64,000 nucleotides of DNA from an uncultured virus (IMG/VR IMGVR_UViG_3300007539_009079) (Duplodnaviria; Heunggongvirae; Uroviricota; Caudoviricetes): the IMG/VR virus record IMGVR_UViG_3300007539_009079; one strand, written 5' to 3'. Below the pieces are notes generated by a model, which saw only the letters and a program-made list of their open reading frames with translations, did no database searches and had not been told where the DNA came from. Shown here piece by piece: positions 1 to 9,387 of the stretch; position 1 is the first letter of the stretch, and each line of letters opens with the position of its first letter. The translations under genes were made by a program, and so were the position numbers.

Positions 1-94
1 GTTTCTTCAACGACATTATCAGTTTCAGATTCAGATGTGGTTTCTTCAACGACATTATCAGTTTCAGATTCAGATGTGGTTTCTTCAACGACAT
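1..94. repeat. 39-bp in-frame tandem repeat (2 full copies and 1 partial; may continue beyond the window)
   Basis: GTTTCTTCAACGACATTATCAGTTTCAGATTCAGATGTG at 1-39 and 40-78, partial at 79-94; encodes the 13-aa unit VVEETTSESETDN. Confidence 0.95.
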
Positions 95-170
95 CATTTT
101 CGATTATCGAAGAATTTGTAAATATACCTTGTTCTTCTGAAGATTCTTCTGAATTTAATTCTTCATTCAT
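1..170 (-). CDS. Partial acidic repeat-containing hypothetical protein (5' end only; not in the ORF track)
   Basis: ATG at 170 preceded by AGGA-AATAAA; reads MNEELNSEESSEEQGIFTNSSIIENDVVEETTSESETDNVVEETTSESETDNVVEE with no stop before the window edge. Confidence 0.8.
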   Translation of the reverse strand, partial: MNEELNSEESSEEQGIFTNSSIIENDVVEETTSESETDNVVEETTSESETDNVVEE

Positions 171-179
171 TTTATTTCC

Positions 180-1328
180 TTAATTAGCTATTTTCAAATA
201 AAGCGCTTTAATACTGAAATTTGATCCAGTAGGTATATCCAATTGTTGATAAACATATGTAGTTCCTGCTGTCAGTCTGAAATCAAAAGTATTAGAATCT
301 GATAGATAAGAATCTTCAAAATATCCTCTAAAGATTTTAGATGATGGTTTACTGTCTTTTTGAATGGCATATGTCGGAGTAGAATCATTTGTTAATGCCG
401 GTAAAATAATATTCTCAATCATGTTATCTAATCCAGCGTATCTACTGAGCATTGTAGCATCATTATTTACTGCGGTATCAAATTCTAATAAATTTATTTC
501 AGTGCCATTTATTTTTGCAACATTATCAAATAGTCTATCCGCTGTATTTAAATTGAAATCAGCACCTAAACCTGTTTTTACAAACAATGAATATTTATTA
601 CCTAAGGTTTCCGTTCCAGTAGGTAACGCTCCTCCTGTGACCGCAGAACCAAAATTTTGACCAAATGATCCTAAATTTGTTACTGTTGGATTTGCAAATG
701 TGGAATATGTATCTTGAAAAAAATCTCCAATTTTTTCAAAAGTGCCTTTGAAAGTTCCTGGTGTTGTATCAGTGTCTAGACCTACGTAATAAGTTCCTAT
801 ACCATTTCCTGTTTTCATTTCTTTACAAACTTCTTTTGTAATTGCATTTATAACTGTATCTATGTCATTTCCCGCTGGCATTAATCCTGCAGGGCTCATA
901 TTTGTTGTGAAATGTGTATATCCATCTGCATTTGCTGTTTGCTGAGAAGGTGTATTTAGTTGTTTTGAAAGTTGGTGATAATTAAACTTGACTCTAGGTT
1001 CATATTGAGTTGTTGCGGTATCTCCTCCGAAGTTCATTAAATCTATACCTCCTGTACCAAAAGTATCGGGTGTAATATCATCTAATATGTAACCATAGGT
1101 TACAGCTTTTCGTCTACTGTCTTCCGCTGTTCCAAAGTTGGACCATCCTGCTCCCGGTGAAGTGCTGGACAACACGACTTGTCCATGATATGCTGTGGAT
1201 TTATTTTTAAGTTTTTCAGCATATTTTGCCTGCACTAAATATACCAATGCCTCTAATTGTCTGTCGGTTAACTCTTTAAGACCCTTGAGTGTTGAATTCC
1301 ATATTAATGGTCTGTTTTTATTTGCCAT
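180..1328 (-). CDS. Hypothetical protein, possibly virion structural
   Basis: 382-aa ORF, Thr/Gly-rich, no recognised motif; stop abuts the RBS of the next minus-strand gene. Confidence 0.7.
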   Translation of the reverse strand: MANKNRPLIWNSTLKGLKELTDRQLEALVYLVQAKYAEKLKNKSTAYHGQVVLSSTSPGAGWSNFGTAEDSRRKAVTYGYILDDITPDTFGTGGIDLMNFGGDTATTQYEPRVKFNYHQLSKQLNTPSQQTANADGYTHFTTNMSPAGLMPAGNDIDTVINAITKEVCKEMKTGNGIGTYYVGLDTDTTPGTFKGTFEKIGDFFQDTYSTFANPTVTNLGSFGQNFGSAVTGGALPTGTETLGNKYSLFVKTGLGADFNLNTADRLFDNVAKINGTEINLLEFDTAVNNDATMLSRYAGLDNMIENIILPALTNDSTPTYAIQKDSKPSSKIFRGYFEDSYLSDSNTFDFRLTAGTTYVYQQLDIPTGSNFSIKALYLKIAN

Positions 1329-1340
1329 TGCTTATCATTG

Positions 1341-1379
1341 TTGACATAAGTTGAAAAATGATATATAATTTATTATAAT
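1341..1379 (+). promoter_or_regulatory. Tandem sigma70-type (early) promoters for the glycosyltransferase operon
   Basis: TTGACA(1341-1346)-17 bp-TATAAT(1364-1369) is a perfect consensus; a second, TTGAAA(1351-1356)-17 bp-TATAAT(1374-1379), lies 10 bp downstream; AGGA RBS before ATG 1406. Confidence 0.85.
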
Positions 1380-1405
1380 ACTTTATTATATATAGGATGT
1401 AGAAC

Positions 1406-1834
1406 ATGAATAAAATTTTATACATTACCCCTCATTTATCCACTGGAGGAGCTCCACAATATCTTCTCAAAAAAATTGAATTGTTAAAAGATTTTTATAC
1501 TATTTATGTTATTGAATATAATGACTATGGAATCTATAGAGTACAAAAAAATAAAATAATAGATCTTTTAAATAATTCTGTTTATACTTTAGGAGAAGAA
1601 AAAGAAAATATTTTTAAATATATAGATGAAATAAAACCCAATATTATTCATTTTGAAGAGATGCCAGAATTTTTTATGCATGATGATATAGCAAAAAAAA
1701 TTTATAATTCCGATAGAAATTATTTAATTTATGAAACATCACATGATTCCTCATTCGACCCCTCCAATAAAAGATTTTTGCCTGATAAATTTTTATTTTG
1801 CAGTGATATCAAGCTTCATTATTCGGAAATTTAG
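1406..1834 (+). CDS. N-terminal part of a GT4 glycosyltransferase, split by a frameshift from 1909..4080
   Basis: KILYITPHLSTGGAPQYL...KPNIIHF is a GT-B N-terminal lobe; the -1 frame is open from 1807 into the downstream ORF. Confidence 0.75.
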   Translation: MNKILYITPHLSTGGAPQYLLKKIELLKDFYTIYVIEYNDYGIYRVQKNKIIDLLNNSVYTLGEEKENIFKYIDEIKPNIIHFEEMPEFFMHDDIAKKIYNSDRNYLIYETSHDSSFDPSNKRFLPDKFLFCSDIKLHYSEI

Positions 1835-1908
1835 GTGTTCCTTGTAGTGTTATTGAATATCCAAATGTCTTAAAAGATGAAAAAAATAGAAATGACGGAT
1901 TAAAATTT

Positions 1909-4080
1909 TTGAACTTAGATCCAAAAAAACATCATGTATTGAATGTTGGATTGTTTACGCCACGAAAAAATCAATCAGAAATTATTGAATATGCAAAATC
2001 TTTAATTGATTACCCTATAGAATTTCATTTTGTTGGCAACATGGCGCCAAATTTTCAATCTTATTGGGAACCCTTGATCAATGATTTACCTGAAAATTGT
2101 AAAATATGGGGTGAAAGATCGGATGTTGATAATTTTTATTCGTGTATGGATCTATTTTTATTCACATCTCAAGGAAATGCTCACGATAAAGAAACTAATC
2201 CATTATCGATTAAAGAAGCATTGAGTTGGAATATGCCAACCTTAATTTATAAATTAGATTCTTATCAAAATAAATTAGATGATAAGGTGACTTATTTGAC
2301 GAAAGAAAATTTCGAAATTAATAGATTAAAAATATTAAGAAAATTGAATATTGATGATGGTCCGATAAAGTGCAATTTGACGGAAGGATCTAAAATATCT
2401 GTTCATACTGGTGAGGTATTTTCTTTATTGGAAAATAAATTGTTATGTTTATTCGATACCAAAACAAATTTATTAGTCTATCGAACAAATGTGTTTGGAC
2501 CCGATCTTTGGACTCAACCCAATTGTTCTCCAGATTTATTAGGTGGTATAGATGTTAGAATATATGATGCTCCCAAAGATTATTTTTCTACACTATCTTC
2601 TGAAAGTTTAATGAATGATCATCATTTAATATATCAAAAAACGTTTAATTTTTCAAACCAAGTCAAGGATATAACAGTTAAAGGTATTGTTAAAAATATT
2701 GAAGGTATATGTGATGATCCAGCATCTTGGTTTACAGCGTATGAGGTTTTTTATCAAGAATGTTATAAAGATGTAAAAATTCAAGAAGGGGACACTGTTG
2801 TGGATGTCGGTGGACATTATGGATTATTTGATTTATATGCTTTAGATAAAGGTGCTAAAAACATTTTTACATTTGAACCTGCAAAAGAAACTTTTGACAT
2901 TTTGTGTAAAAATTTAAAAGGTTATGAACAAGTTAAAAAATTTAATTTTGCCTTATCTGATCAAAACGGAACGGCAGAATTTAAAGTTTTAGGATCATCA
3001 TCAGTAAATTCTTTTTATGATAGTTTTAATACTGATGAAAGTAATCCAACAACATTGGGTAAGAAAAAAATTGAAACTGTTAGAACTATGACTTTTGACA
3101 CATTCATGAATAATAATAATTTAGAGAGAGTGGATGTTTTAAAATTGGATTGTGAAGGCGCTGAATGGAATATTTTTCCTCAAATATCCGATGATTTGTT
3201 AAAGTATAAAATTAGAAAAATAACTATGGAAGTTCATGATTTTTTTAATAATGATAATTCAGTCGAGGCGAGAATTAAAAGATCAAATGAATTAATAACC
3301 AGATTAGAAAAATTAGGTTATGAAGTGAAAAAAGATGACGCAATAGTTGATGGAGGTTTGGGAAATTTGTGGGCTTGGAGAATTCCTAAATTGAAAGTTG
3401 TACATATGTTAGTTGATGTAAATGGTGGCAGAGAAAAAGAATCTATTAGACATTTGAAAGAACTGGTTGATTATGCTGGTTGGGAATATGTTCAAATGAT
3501 AAATGGTAAATACAATCAAATGCCTCCTATAGAGAGTTGTGCAAGACCTGATGATGTTCAAATGGAACCCGGACATTATAAATTAACACCTGCACATTAT
3601 GGAAATTACCTGGCGCATAGAATTGCAATGCAAGAACATCTAAAAGATGATGTAGATGGAGTTTTATTTTGTGAATGCGATGCTATTTTTATTAAACCTA
3701 TTGCTGAAGTGTATAGGGAAATTATTGATAGATTCGATGATTTGAAATATTATGATTTGAGATATATGAATTTCGGTAAAAGAATAGTTGAATGGCACTA
3801 TAATCATAAAAATATATACTTTGATACTACGGACAGAATGTCTGAAGCTCATTGTTACTTGGTTCCATCAACATCTAGAGATTATTTTTTGAATAAATTT
3901 GACGAAACTAAATGGGATACTTATGATTTGTGGTTAAATAATAATATTTTAAATGAGATGGTTGGGGGAATAACAAAAAATCCATATTCTATACAATGTT
4001 CAGGTGATTCATATCTTGATAAATCTTATAAGGATGGGACTACCTTGCTAAAAGAAGGTGATGTCACTTATGTCCTCTGA
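1909..4080 (+). CDS. Multidomain GT4 C-lobe + FkbM-family methyltransferase + GT25-like glycosyltransferase
   Basis: VLNVGLFTPRKNQ and DLFLFTS...ETNPLSIKEAL (GT4); VVDVGGHYG, FTFEP, LKLDCEGAE (FkbM); GNYLAH, VLFCECDA, AHCYLV (GT25-like). Confidence 0.8.
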   Translation: MNLDPKKHHVLNVGLFTPRKNQSEIIEYAKSLIDYPIEFHFVGNMAPNFQSYWEPLINDLPENCKIWGERSDVDNFYSCMDLFLFTSQGNAHDKETNPLSIKEALSWNMPTLIYKLDSYQNKLDDKVTYLTKENFEINRLKILRKLNIDDGPIKCNLTEGSKISVHTGEVFSLLENKLLCLFDTKTNLLVYRTNVFGPDLWTQPNCSPDLLGGIDVRIYDAPKDYFSTLSSESLMNDHHLIYQKTFNFSNQVKDITVKGIVKNIEGICDDPASWFTAYEVFYQECYKDVKIQEGDTVVDVGGHYGLFDLYALDKGAKNIFTFEPAKETFDILCKNLKGYEQVKKFNFALSDQNGTAEFKVLGSSSVNSFYDSFNTDESNPTTLGKKKIETVRTMTFDTFMNNNNLERVDVLKLDCEGAEWNIFPQISDDLLKYKIRKITMEVHDFFNNDNSVEARIKRSNELITRLEKLGYEVKKDDAIVDGGLGNLWAWRIPKLKVVHMLVDVNGGREKESIRHLKELVDYAGWEYVQMINGKYNQMPPIESCARPDDVQMEPGHYKLTPAHYGNYLAHRIAMQEHLKDDVDGVLFCECDAIFIKPIAEVYREIIDRFDDLKYYDLRYMNFGKRIVEWHYNHKNIYFDTTDRMSEAHCYLVPSTSRDYFLNKFDETKWDTYDLWLNNNILNEMVGGITKNPYSIQCSGDSYLDKSYKDGTTLLKEGDVTYVL

Positions 4081-5080
4081 CGCTATTGTTTTAATACACG
4101 CACATTTATCAACTCCTGATAGAATAAAATGTTGTCTAGAATTGATTAATAATGTCAAATTTTTCGGATATGAAATAATATTAACAACTCATACACCTGC
4201 CTCGAAGCAAATACAGGAAAAGGTCGATTATTATGTCTATGATAAAGATAATATAGTTTTAACTGATCCTAAATTTTTAGGTTACATAACATATTTCACT
4301 GATGGTTTTGACTTATCAACGCAACAATTTCATGGCCATAATACAACTTTTGCTGTTTTTAGATTATTGTTATTAGGAATTAATTATGCTAAAATTTTGA
4401 GAAAAAAGGTAATTCATATTATGGATTATGATGGATTGATACACAGTCCGCACGAATTAATACTCAATGAAAGCAAAATATTATCTAAAAAATTGGATGG
4501 TGTTTTTTATCATTGGTCTACTGAAAATGATATAGAAACACATGGAAAAATGCAAGTCACAACACGCTTAATGTCAGGTAATGTTGATTATATGTTTAAT
4601 TGTTTTTCCCAATATTTAGACTTGGAATTACAGAAAGAAATAACATTGAGACATGGGTTTGGACCAGGCGAAGAATTTTTTGCATACATTTTGAATTTAA
4701 CAAAATTTAATGAAAATAGAAATACAAATGTTGAATTAATAGATTTTGTTCCAAATCTTGATAAAATACAATTTGAACAAGATCGAATGCACATAGAGGA
4801 AACTAAACCTTGGATAGCGCTTTATATTGGAAATGAACAATACGATTATGTGTTTCATTTAAATCATTTTATTGATATGAATATGAAAATTGTAGTCGAT
4901 GATAATATTATCTCCGATTCTTTTTTTTACAAAGGTTGTTTTAATTTGACTAAATTTGAAAAAGGTAAAATTATTAAAGTTTTCATGAATGATGAATTAA
5001 TTAAAACATTTGACTTAAATGATGAAAAATTGTACCAATATATTAAACAAACAACAACAATTTATTTTAAAGGTGATTAA
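4058..5080 (+). CDS. Hypothetical protein, probable GT-A-fold glycosyltransferase-like
   Basis: 340 aa inside the GT operon; IILTTHTP..DYYVYDKDN and IHIMDYDG (DxD) motifs; true start may be 4061 or 4070. Confidence 0.55.
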   Translation: MMSLMSSDAIVLIHAHLSTPDRIKCCLELINNVKFFGYEIILTTHTPASKQIQEKVDYYVYDKDNIVLTDPKFLGYITYFTDGFDLSTQQFHGHNTTFAVFRLLLLGINYAKILRKKVIHIMDYDGLIHSPHELILNESKILSKKLDGVFYHWSTENDIETHGKMQVTTRLMSGNVDYMFNCFSQYLDLELQKEITLRHGFGPGEEFFAYILNLTKFNENRNTNVELIDFVPNLDKIQFEQDRMHIEETKPWIALYIGNEQYDYVFHLNHFIDMNMKIVVDDNIISDSFFYKGCFNLTKFEKGKIIKVFMNDELIKTFDLNDEKLYQYIKQTTTIYFKGD

Positions 5081-8000
5081 TGTACGATGAATTGAAATTA
5101 TCTTTGATTACTTCTTGCTATAATGCTGAAAAATATTTAGAAGAAACTGCTGAATCTATTTTCTCACAGGAGTACGAAAATTGGGAGTGGTTGATTTCTG
5201 ATGATTTTTCGACCGATGGTACTTTAAATATAATTAATAAAATTTCTAAAAATGATCAAAGAATTAAAATTATTAAACCGGAATATAAAAAACAAATTTG
5301 GTGGAATCCTCAAATCCATGCAACTGGTGATGTAGTTTGTCATATTGATTCTGATGATTTTTTATTACCAAATACTCTTAAAAAAATAAATTATTATTTT
5401 AATTTATTTCCAGAAAGTGTATTGATGCATTTTAATGCAAACAAATATAATGACTTTTTTCCTACAAGTTCTGAAAAAAAATATCTTGATAATTTTAGAG
5501 ATAATGTTTATATGACCACGGATAATGATTCTTTTTTGGAAGGATTTGAAAAACTTTGGCCTCATCGAACTAATATTTTCGGTTATCTTAGAATTTTCAG
5601 AAATTTGCCGGGACTAAAATTTCCAGTGCATAAAGATGGCGATGCCTGTTCCTCTAATGATGGACAGTGGTTATTGATGATGGAAGAAAGAGGAAAATGG
5701 ATCACAATACCTAGAACGACTTATTTAGCGAGAAATCATGAAGATTCTGAAAATCATAGGAATTGGAATACAAGAGGTGAAGCCCAATTAGCGATTGATG
5801 CTAAAAAAAGAAGAGAAAACTTTATTTTAGAATATCCTAGAAATATTAAATATTTCGATGAAATTTATGATGCGGCAGAATCAACATATACATCATTTTT
5901 AAATCATGAAAAAAATGCACAAAACATTTGTTTTTGTAATTTTAATTACGATATGGTAAAAAAAGATAAACTTCAAAAATTATTTTTTGATCACATTGTA
6001 AACTTTGATTTATTTGAAAATATAAATTATTTTTATGTAAAAGTTTCTTTAGACGATACAGAACATGATATACAAAACATCGTACAAAAAATCGAGAATC
6101 AAAATAAAATTTCTTGTGAGATTGTGATATTTTGTAATAATACTCATTTGATGAGAAATAATAGAACTAATTACAATGTTATTGACAATATTGTCGATGT
6201 TATGAGCAAAGAAGGTTATCAGTTTAGATGGTTCTGTCAAGATAATAGATTTTTTATGGTAACACGATCAAAAATACAAAATGATAAAAAAATTGAAATC
6301 ATACACGAACCTAAAATAGTTCAAAAAGTAAAAAGTGAAGTAAAACCGATAAATCAAATATCAAATTTTCAAAAATTAAATATTGTTCAAATACATCCAG
6401 GATGTGGCATTGAAATTCCTCCAAAAGGATATGGTGGTGTTGAAGAAGTAGTTGGACAATATATAAATGCCGCAAAAAGAAGAGGCCATGATGTGAAATT
6501 GATGTGGTTGGATCAAATAAATCAAACAGATCTTGAAAAAACTGATATTTTTCACAATCATATGGCCAATTTCAATGACACGTTAAAAAATAAATTTGTT
6601 CCTTTCATTCATACGGTTCATGATGCTTGGGTGGGTCTTCAAGCAAAATATAGTTTTTCTTATAATCAAATAAAATCGACCATTGATAATTCAGTTTTGA
6701 GTTTAACGCCTATTAATAATTTTATAAATTTTTTCGATGCTAAAGATAAGTTAAAACATTTACACCATGGTGTAGATACTAATTTTTACTATCCTGATAT
6801 TAATAAAACAAGAGGAAATAGATTAGTTTGTGTTGGAGGCGGAGATGATAGAAAAGGATTTCATTTAGCAATTTTAGCCGCTCATAAATTAGGATTTCCA
6901 ATAACGATAATTGGTGCAGATTCTATACACCAAGATTACAATAAAGTCTTTTACGATATTTATGACCAGTGTAAAAATGATATAGAAATTAATTTATTAG
7001 GCAATGTTCTTAAAAAAGATCTTAGAGATATTTTGGCAGGTCAGGATATTATAATTCATCCGGCTTCTATGGAAACGGGTCAACCATGTTTAGGTGTATT
7101 AGAAGGAATGGCTTGTGGACTACCTGTTGTAGGAACGTTACAAGATCAAATGGAAGTGCCTGGTTTTTATCAATGCACAAGGGATGTAGATGATATAGTA
7201 AATGGAATAAAAACCCATTTACAAGATTTAGATCTGAATTCAAAACTTGCCAGAAATTATGCAATCGAACGAGATTGGGATAATATTTTTCTAGAATTGG
7301 AAAAATACTACTACTTAGCAAAAGATTTGAAATCTAATGTTCCTTTAGAGATGAAAGATAGATTAATTTACACATATAGTAATGATTTGAAAAATTTAAA
7401 TTCTGAAAGTTTTGATCGCACTTTTTTCAATATTACGGTAAAACCTAATCCATATATCAATATAAAAGGAAATGTCAATAAAGAATTTAATGTTGTTTTT
7501 AGAGATAGTACAACAGATTTTGTGCATTATCAGGTTACCATAGCAAATAATTGTTGGGCCGCATCAACTTTATCATATTTTATTCCATGGAAAATTGAAG
7601 TTTATGATTCTAAAACAAATGAGTTGGTTCATGAATATAAGATGGATTTAAAAGATAAAAAAGTATTCATTTGGCTAGATTCATCGGCATTGGGCGATAA
7701 TTTGGCATGGATGCAACCAGTTGAAGAATTTAGAAAAAAACATGGGTGTAAAGTTATTTGTAGTACATTTTTCAATGAATTATTTGAAAACGAATATCCA
7801 GAAATTAAATTTGAAAACCCAAATTCGGGATTTGATGATTTTGATCATTCCTATAGAATTGGATTTTTTGAGAAATGTGATTTATCACCTGTTGATTGTA
7901 AAGAAGTGTCTTTACAAAAATTGTGTGCTAGTATATTAGGTTTATCCGAATGGGAAGAAAAACCTTCAAAAATAACAGTCTTCGAAAAAGAGACCGAACT

Positions 8001-8535
8001 GAAAAAACCTTATGTTGTAATAGGTACACAATCAACCGCACAGGCAAAATATTGGAATAATCCTGGAGCATGGGAAAAAGTAGTTGACTTTTTAAAGGAA
8101 AAAGGGTATGATGTTGTATGTGTAGATAAACACGGTTCTTTTGGACAGGGTAATCATTTCAATTTTAGTCCAAGCAATGCTATACCTAGACATGGAAGAA
8201 CTTTGAATGAGACTATCGCAACAATTAATGATGCGGAATTTTTTATAGGATTAGGATCTGGTTTATCTTGGGTGGCATGGTCTCTAAATAAACATGTCAT
8301 ATTAATTTCAGGATTTAGTAATCCTTCGTCAGAATTTTCCTCAAAATGCATTAGAATATTTAATGATAAAACTTGCAATAGTTGTTATAATAGACACAAA
8401 TTTGATCCAGGAGATTGGATTTGGTGTCCAGATCAGAAAGGAACTGATAGAATGTTTGAATGTACTAAATTAATAACACCTGAAACTGTTTTCCAGGCAA
8501 TTGAAAATATAATCGAAATGAGGAATAATGAATGA
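5080..8535 (+). CDS. Tri-functional GT2 + GT4 + autotransporter O-heptosyltransferase (TibC/Aah-like)
   Basis: SLITSCYNAEKYL..ISDDFSTDGT..HIDSDD (GT2); IPPKGYGGVE, HHGVD, LEGMACGLPVV (GT4); SSALGDNLAW, QSTAQAKYWNNPGAW, FFIGLGSGLSWVAW, ISGFS..EF and CNSC-x13-C-x11-C (TibC-type, with metal-binding cysteines). Confidence 0.85.
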   Translation: MYDELKLSLITSCYNAEKYLEETAESIFSQEYENWEWLISDDFSTDGTLNIINKISKNDQRIKIIKPEYKKQIWWNPQIHATGDVVCHIDSDDFLLPNTLKKINYYFNLFPESVLMHFNANKYNDFFPTSSEKKYLDNFRDNVYMTTDNDSFLEGFEKLWPHRTNIFGYLRIFRNLPGLKFPVHKDGDACSSNDGQWLLMMEERGKWITIPRTTYLARNHEDSENHRNWNTRGEAQLAIDAKKRRENFILEYPRNIKYFDEIYDAAESTYTSFLNHEKNAQNICFCNFNYDMVKKDKLQKLFFDHIVNFDLFENINYFYVKVSLDDTEHDIQNIVQKIENQNKISCEIVIFCNNTHLMRNNRTNYNVIDNIVDVMSKEGYQFRWFCQDNRFFMVTRSKIQNDKKIEIIHEPKIVQKVKSEVKPINQISNFQKLNIVQIHPGCGIEIPPKGYGGVEEVVGQYINAAKRRGHDVKLMWLDQINQTDLEKTDIFHNHMANFNDTLKNKFVPFIHTVHDAWVGLQAKYSFSYNQIKSTIDNSVLSLTPINNFINFFDAKDKLKHLHHGVDTNFYYPDINKTRGNRLVCVGGGDDRKGFHLAILAAHKLGFPITIIGADSIHQDYNKVFYDIYDQCKNDIEINLLGNVLKKDLRDILAGQDIIIHPASMETGQPCLGVLEGMACGLPVVGTLQDQMEVPGFYQCTRDVDDIVNGIKTHLQDLDLNSKLARNYAIERDWDNIFLELEKYYYLAKDLKSNVPLEMKDRLIYTYSNDLKNLNSESFDRTFFNITVKPNPYINIKGNVNKEFNVVFRDSTTDFVHYQVTIANNCWAASTLSYFIPWKIEVYDSKTNELVHEYKMDLKDKKVFIWLDSSALGDNLAWMQPVEEFRKKHGCKVICSTFFNELFENEYPEIKFENPNSGFDDFDHSYRIGFFEKCDLSPVDCKEVSLQKLCASILGLSEWEEKPSKITVFEKETELKKPYVVIGTQSTAQAKYWNNPGAWEKVVDFLKEKGYDVVCVDKHGSFGQGNHFNFSPSNAIPRHGRTLNETIATINDAEFFIGLGSGLSWVAWSLNKHVILISGFSNPSSEFSSKCIRIFNDKTCNSCYNRHKFDPGDWIWCPDQKGTDRMFECTKLITPETVFQAIENIIEMRNNE

Positions 8536-9166
8536 AGAAAAAATTGCTGAGGCATTGGTTACCCCTGAATTTGCAACTTTAGTTGCTGAAAAATTTATAG
8601 CCAATGCACCATCAGAAAATGTTGAAGATGATGGTGCATCTTTGGAGAATAAAGGTTATTATTTTTTATTTGATGATATTTATAGCGGTTCGGTCTTATC
8701 CGCAATTGAATGGATATTACAGAATAATATGAAAAAATCATCAAGACCAGAATTTTTAACATTATGCATAAATTCTCACGGAGGAGATATGACGGCTGGT
8801 TTTGCTTTGATTGATGTTATGAGAGGGTCTTCCATACCTATTCATACTGTCGGTCTTGGTATTATTGGGAGTGCCGCACTTTCTGTTTTTATGGCAGGGA
8901 AGAAAGGAAAACGTTTATTGACACCAAATACAAGTATTTTATCACATCAATATTCTTGGGGCTCATTTGGAAAAGAACACGAACTTTTTGCTGTGCAAAA
9001 AGAATATGATTTAACCACTGAAAGAATGTTAAATCATTATAGAAAGTGTACAGGCATTGAGGATGATGATATACGTAAATTTTTATTACCTCCGCATGAT
9101 GTCTGGTTGTCTTCAAACGAGGCATTAAAATATGGAATATGTGATGAAGTGAAGGAGATGTCTTGA
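8528..9166 (+). CDS. clpP: ClpP-like serine protease
   Basis: INSHGG, GLGIIGSAA (Ser), ILSHQ (His), DVWLSSNEALKYGICD (Asp) match ClpP motifs. Confidence 0.85.
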   Translation: MNEEKIAEALVTPEFATLVAEKFIANAPSENVEDDGASLENKGYYFLFDDIYSGSVLSAIEWILQNNMKKSSRPEFLTLCINSHGGDMTAGFALIDVMRGSSIPIHTVGLGIIGSAALSVFMAGKKGKRLLTPNTSILSHQYSWGSFGKEHELFAVQKEYDLTTERMLNHYRKCTGIEDDDIRKFLLPPHDVWLSSNEALKYGICDEVKEMS

Positions 9167-9387
9167 TAAAAACGCTAAAACCTCAAGAGTTTACAACTAT
9201 AATTGAAAATTTAGTTTCGACAACTAAAATGACATACATTGAAGCAATAACTTATTATTGTGAAGAAAATAAATTAGAACCTGAAACTGCTAGTAAATTA
9301 ATACAAGGTGTATTAAAACAAAAAGTTAGGGAAGAAGCAATTGATTTACATTTTTTACCAAAAACAGCTACAATACCTGGATTATGA
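9163..9387 (+). CDS. gp33: Late transcription co-activator gp33
   Basis: MTYIEAITYYCEENKLEPE..KLI...LKQKVREEA; sits before 59 and 32 as in T4; TTG start overlaps the upstream stop. Confidence 0.85.
   Translation: MIKTLKPQEFTTIIENLVSTTKMTYIEAITYYCEENKLEPETASKLIQGVLKQKVREEAIDLHFLPKTATIPGL

Noticed and set aside
1..94. Possible CRISPR array
   Set aside because: The repeats are contiguous with no spacers and are in frame within a CDS
1824..1834. AAATTTA as a programmed slippery site in the split glycosyltransferase
   Set aside because: The heptamer is in the wrong phase for an X XXY YYZ slip from the upstream frame
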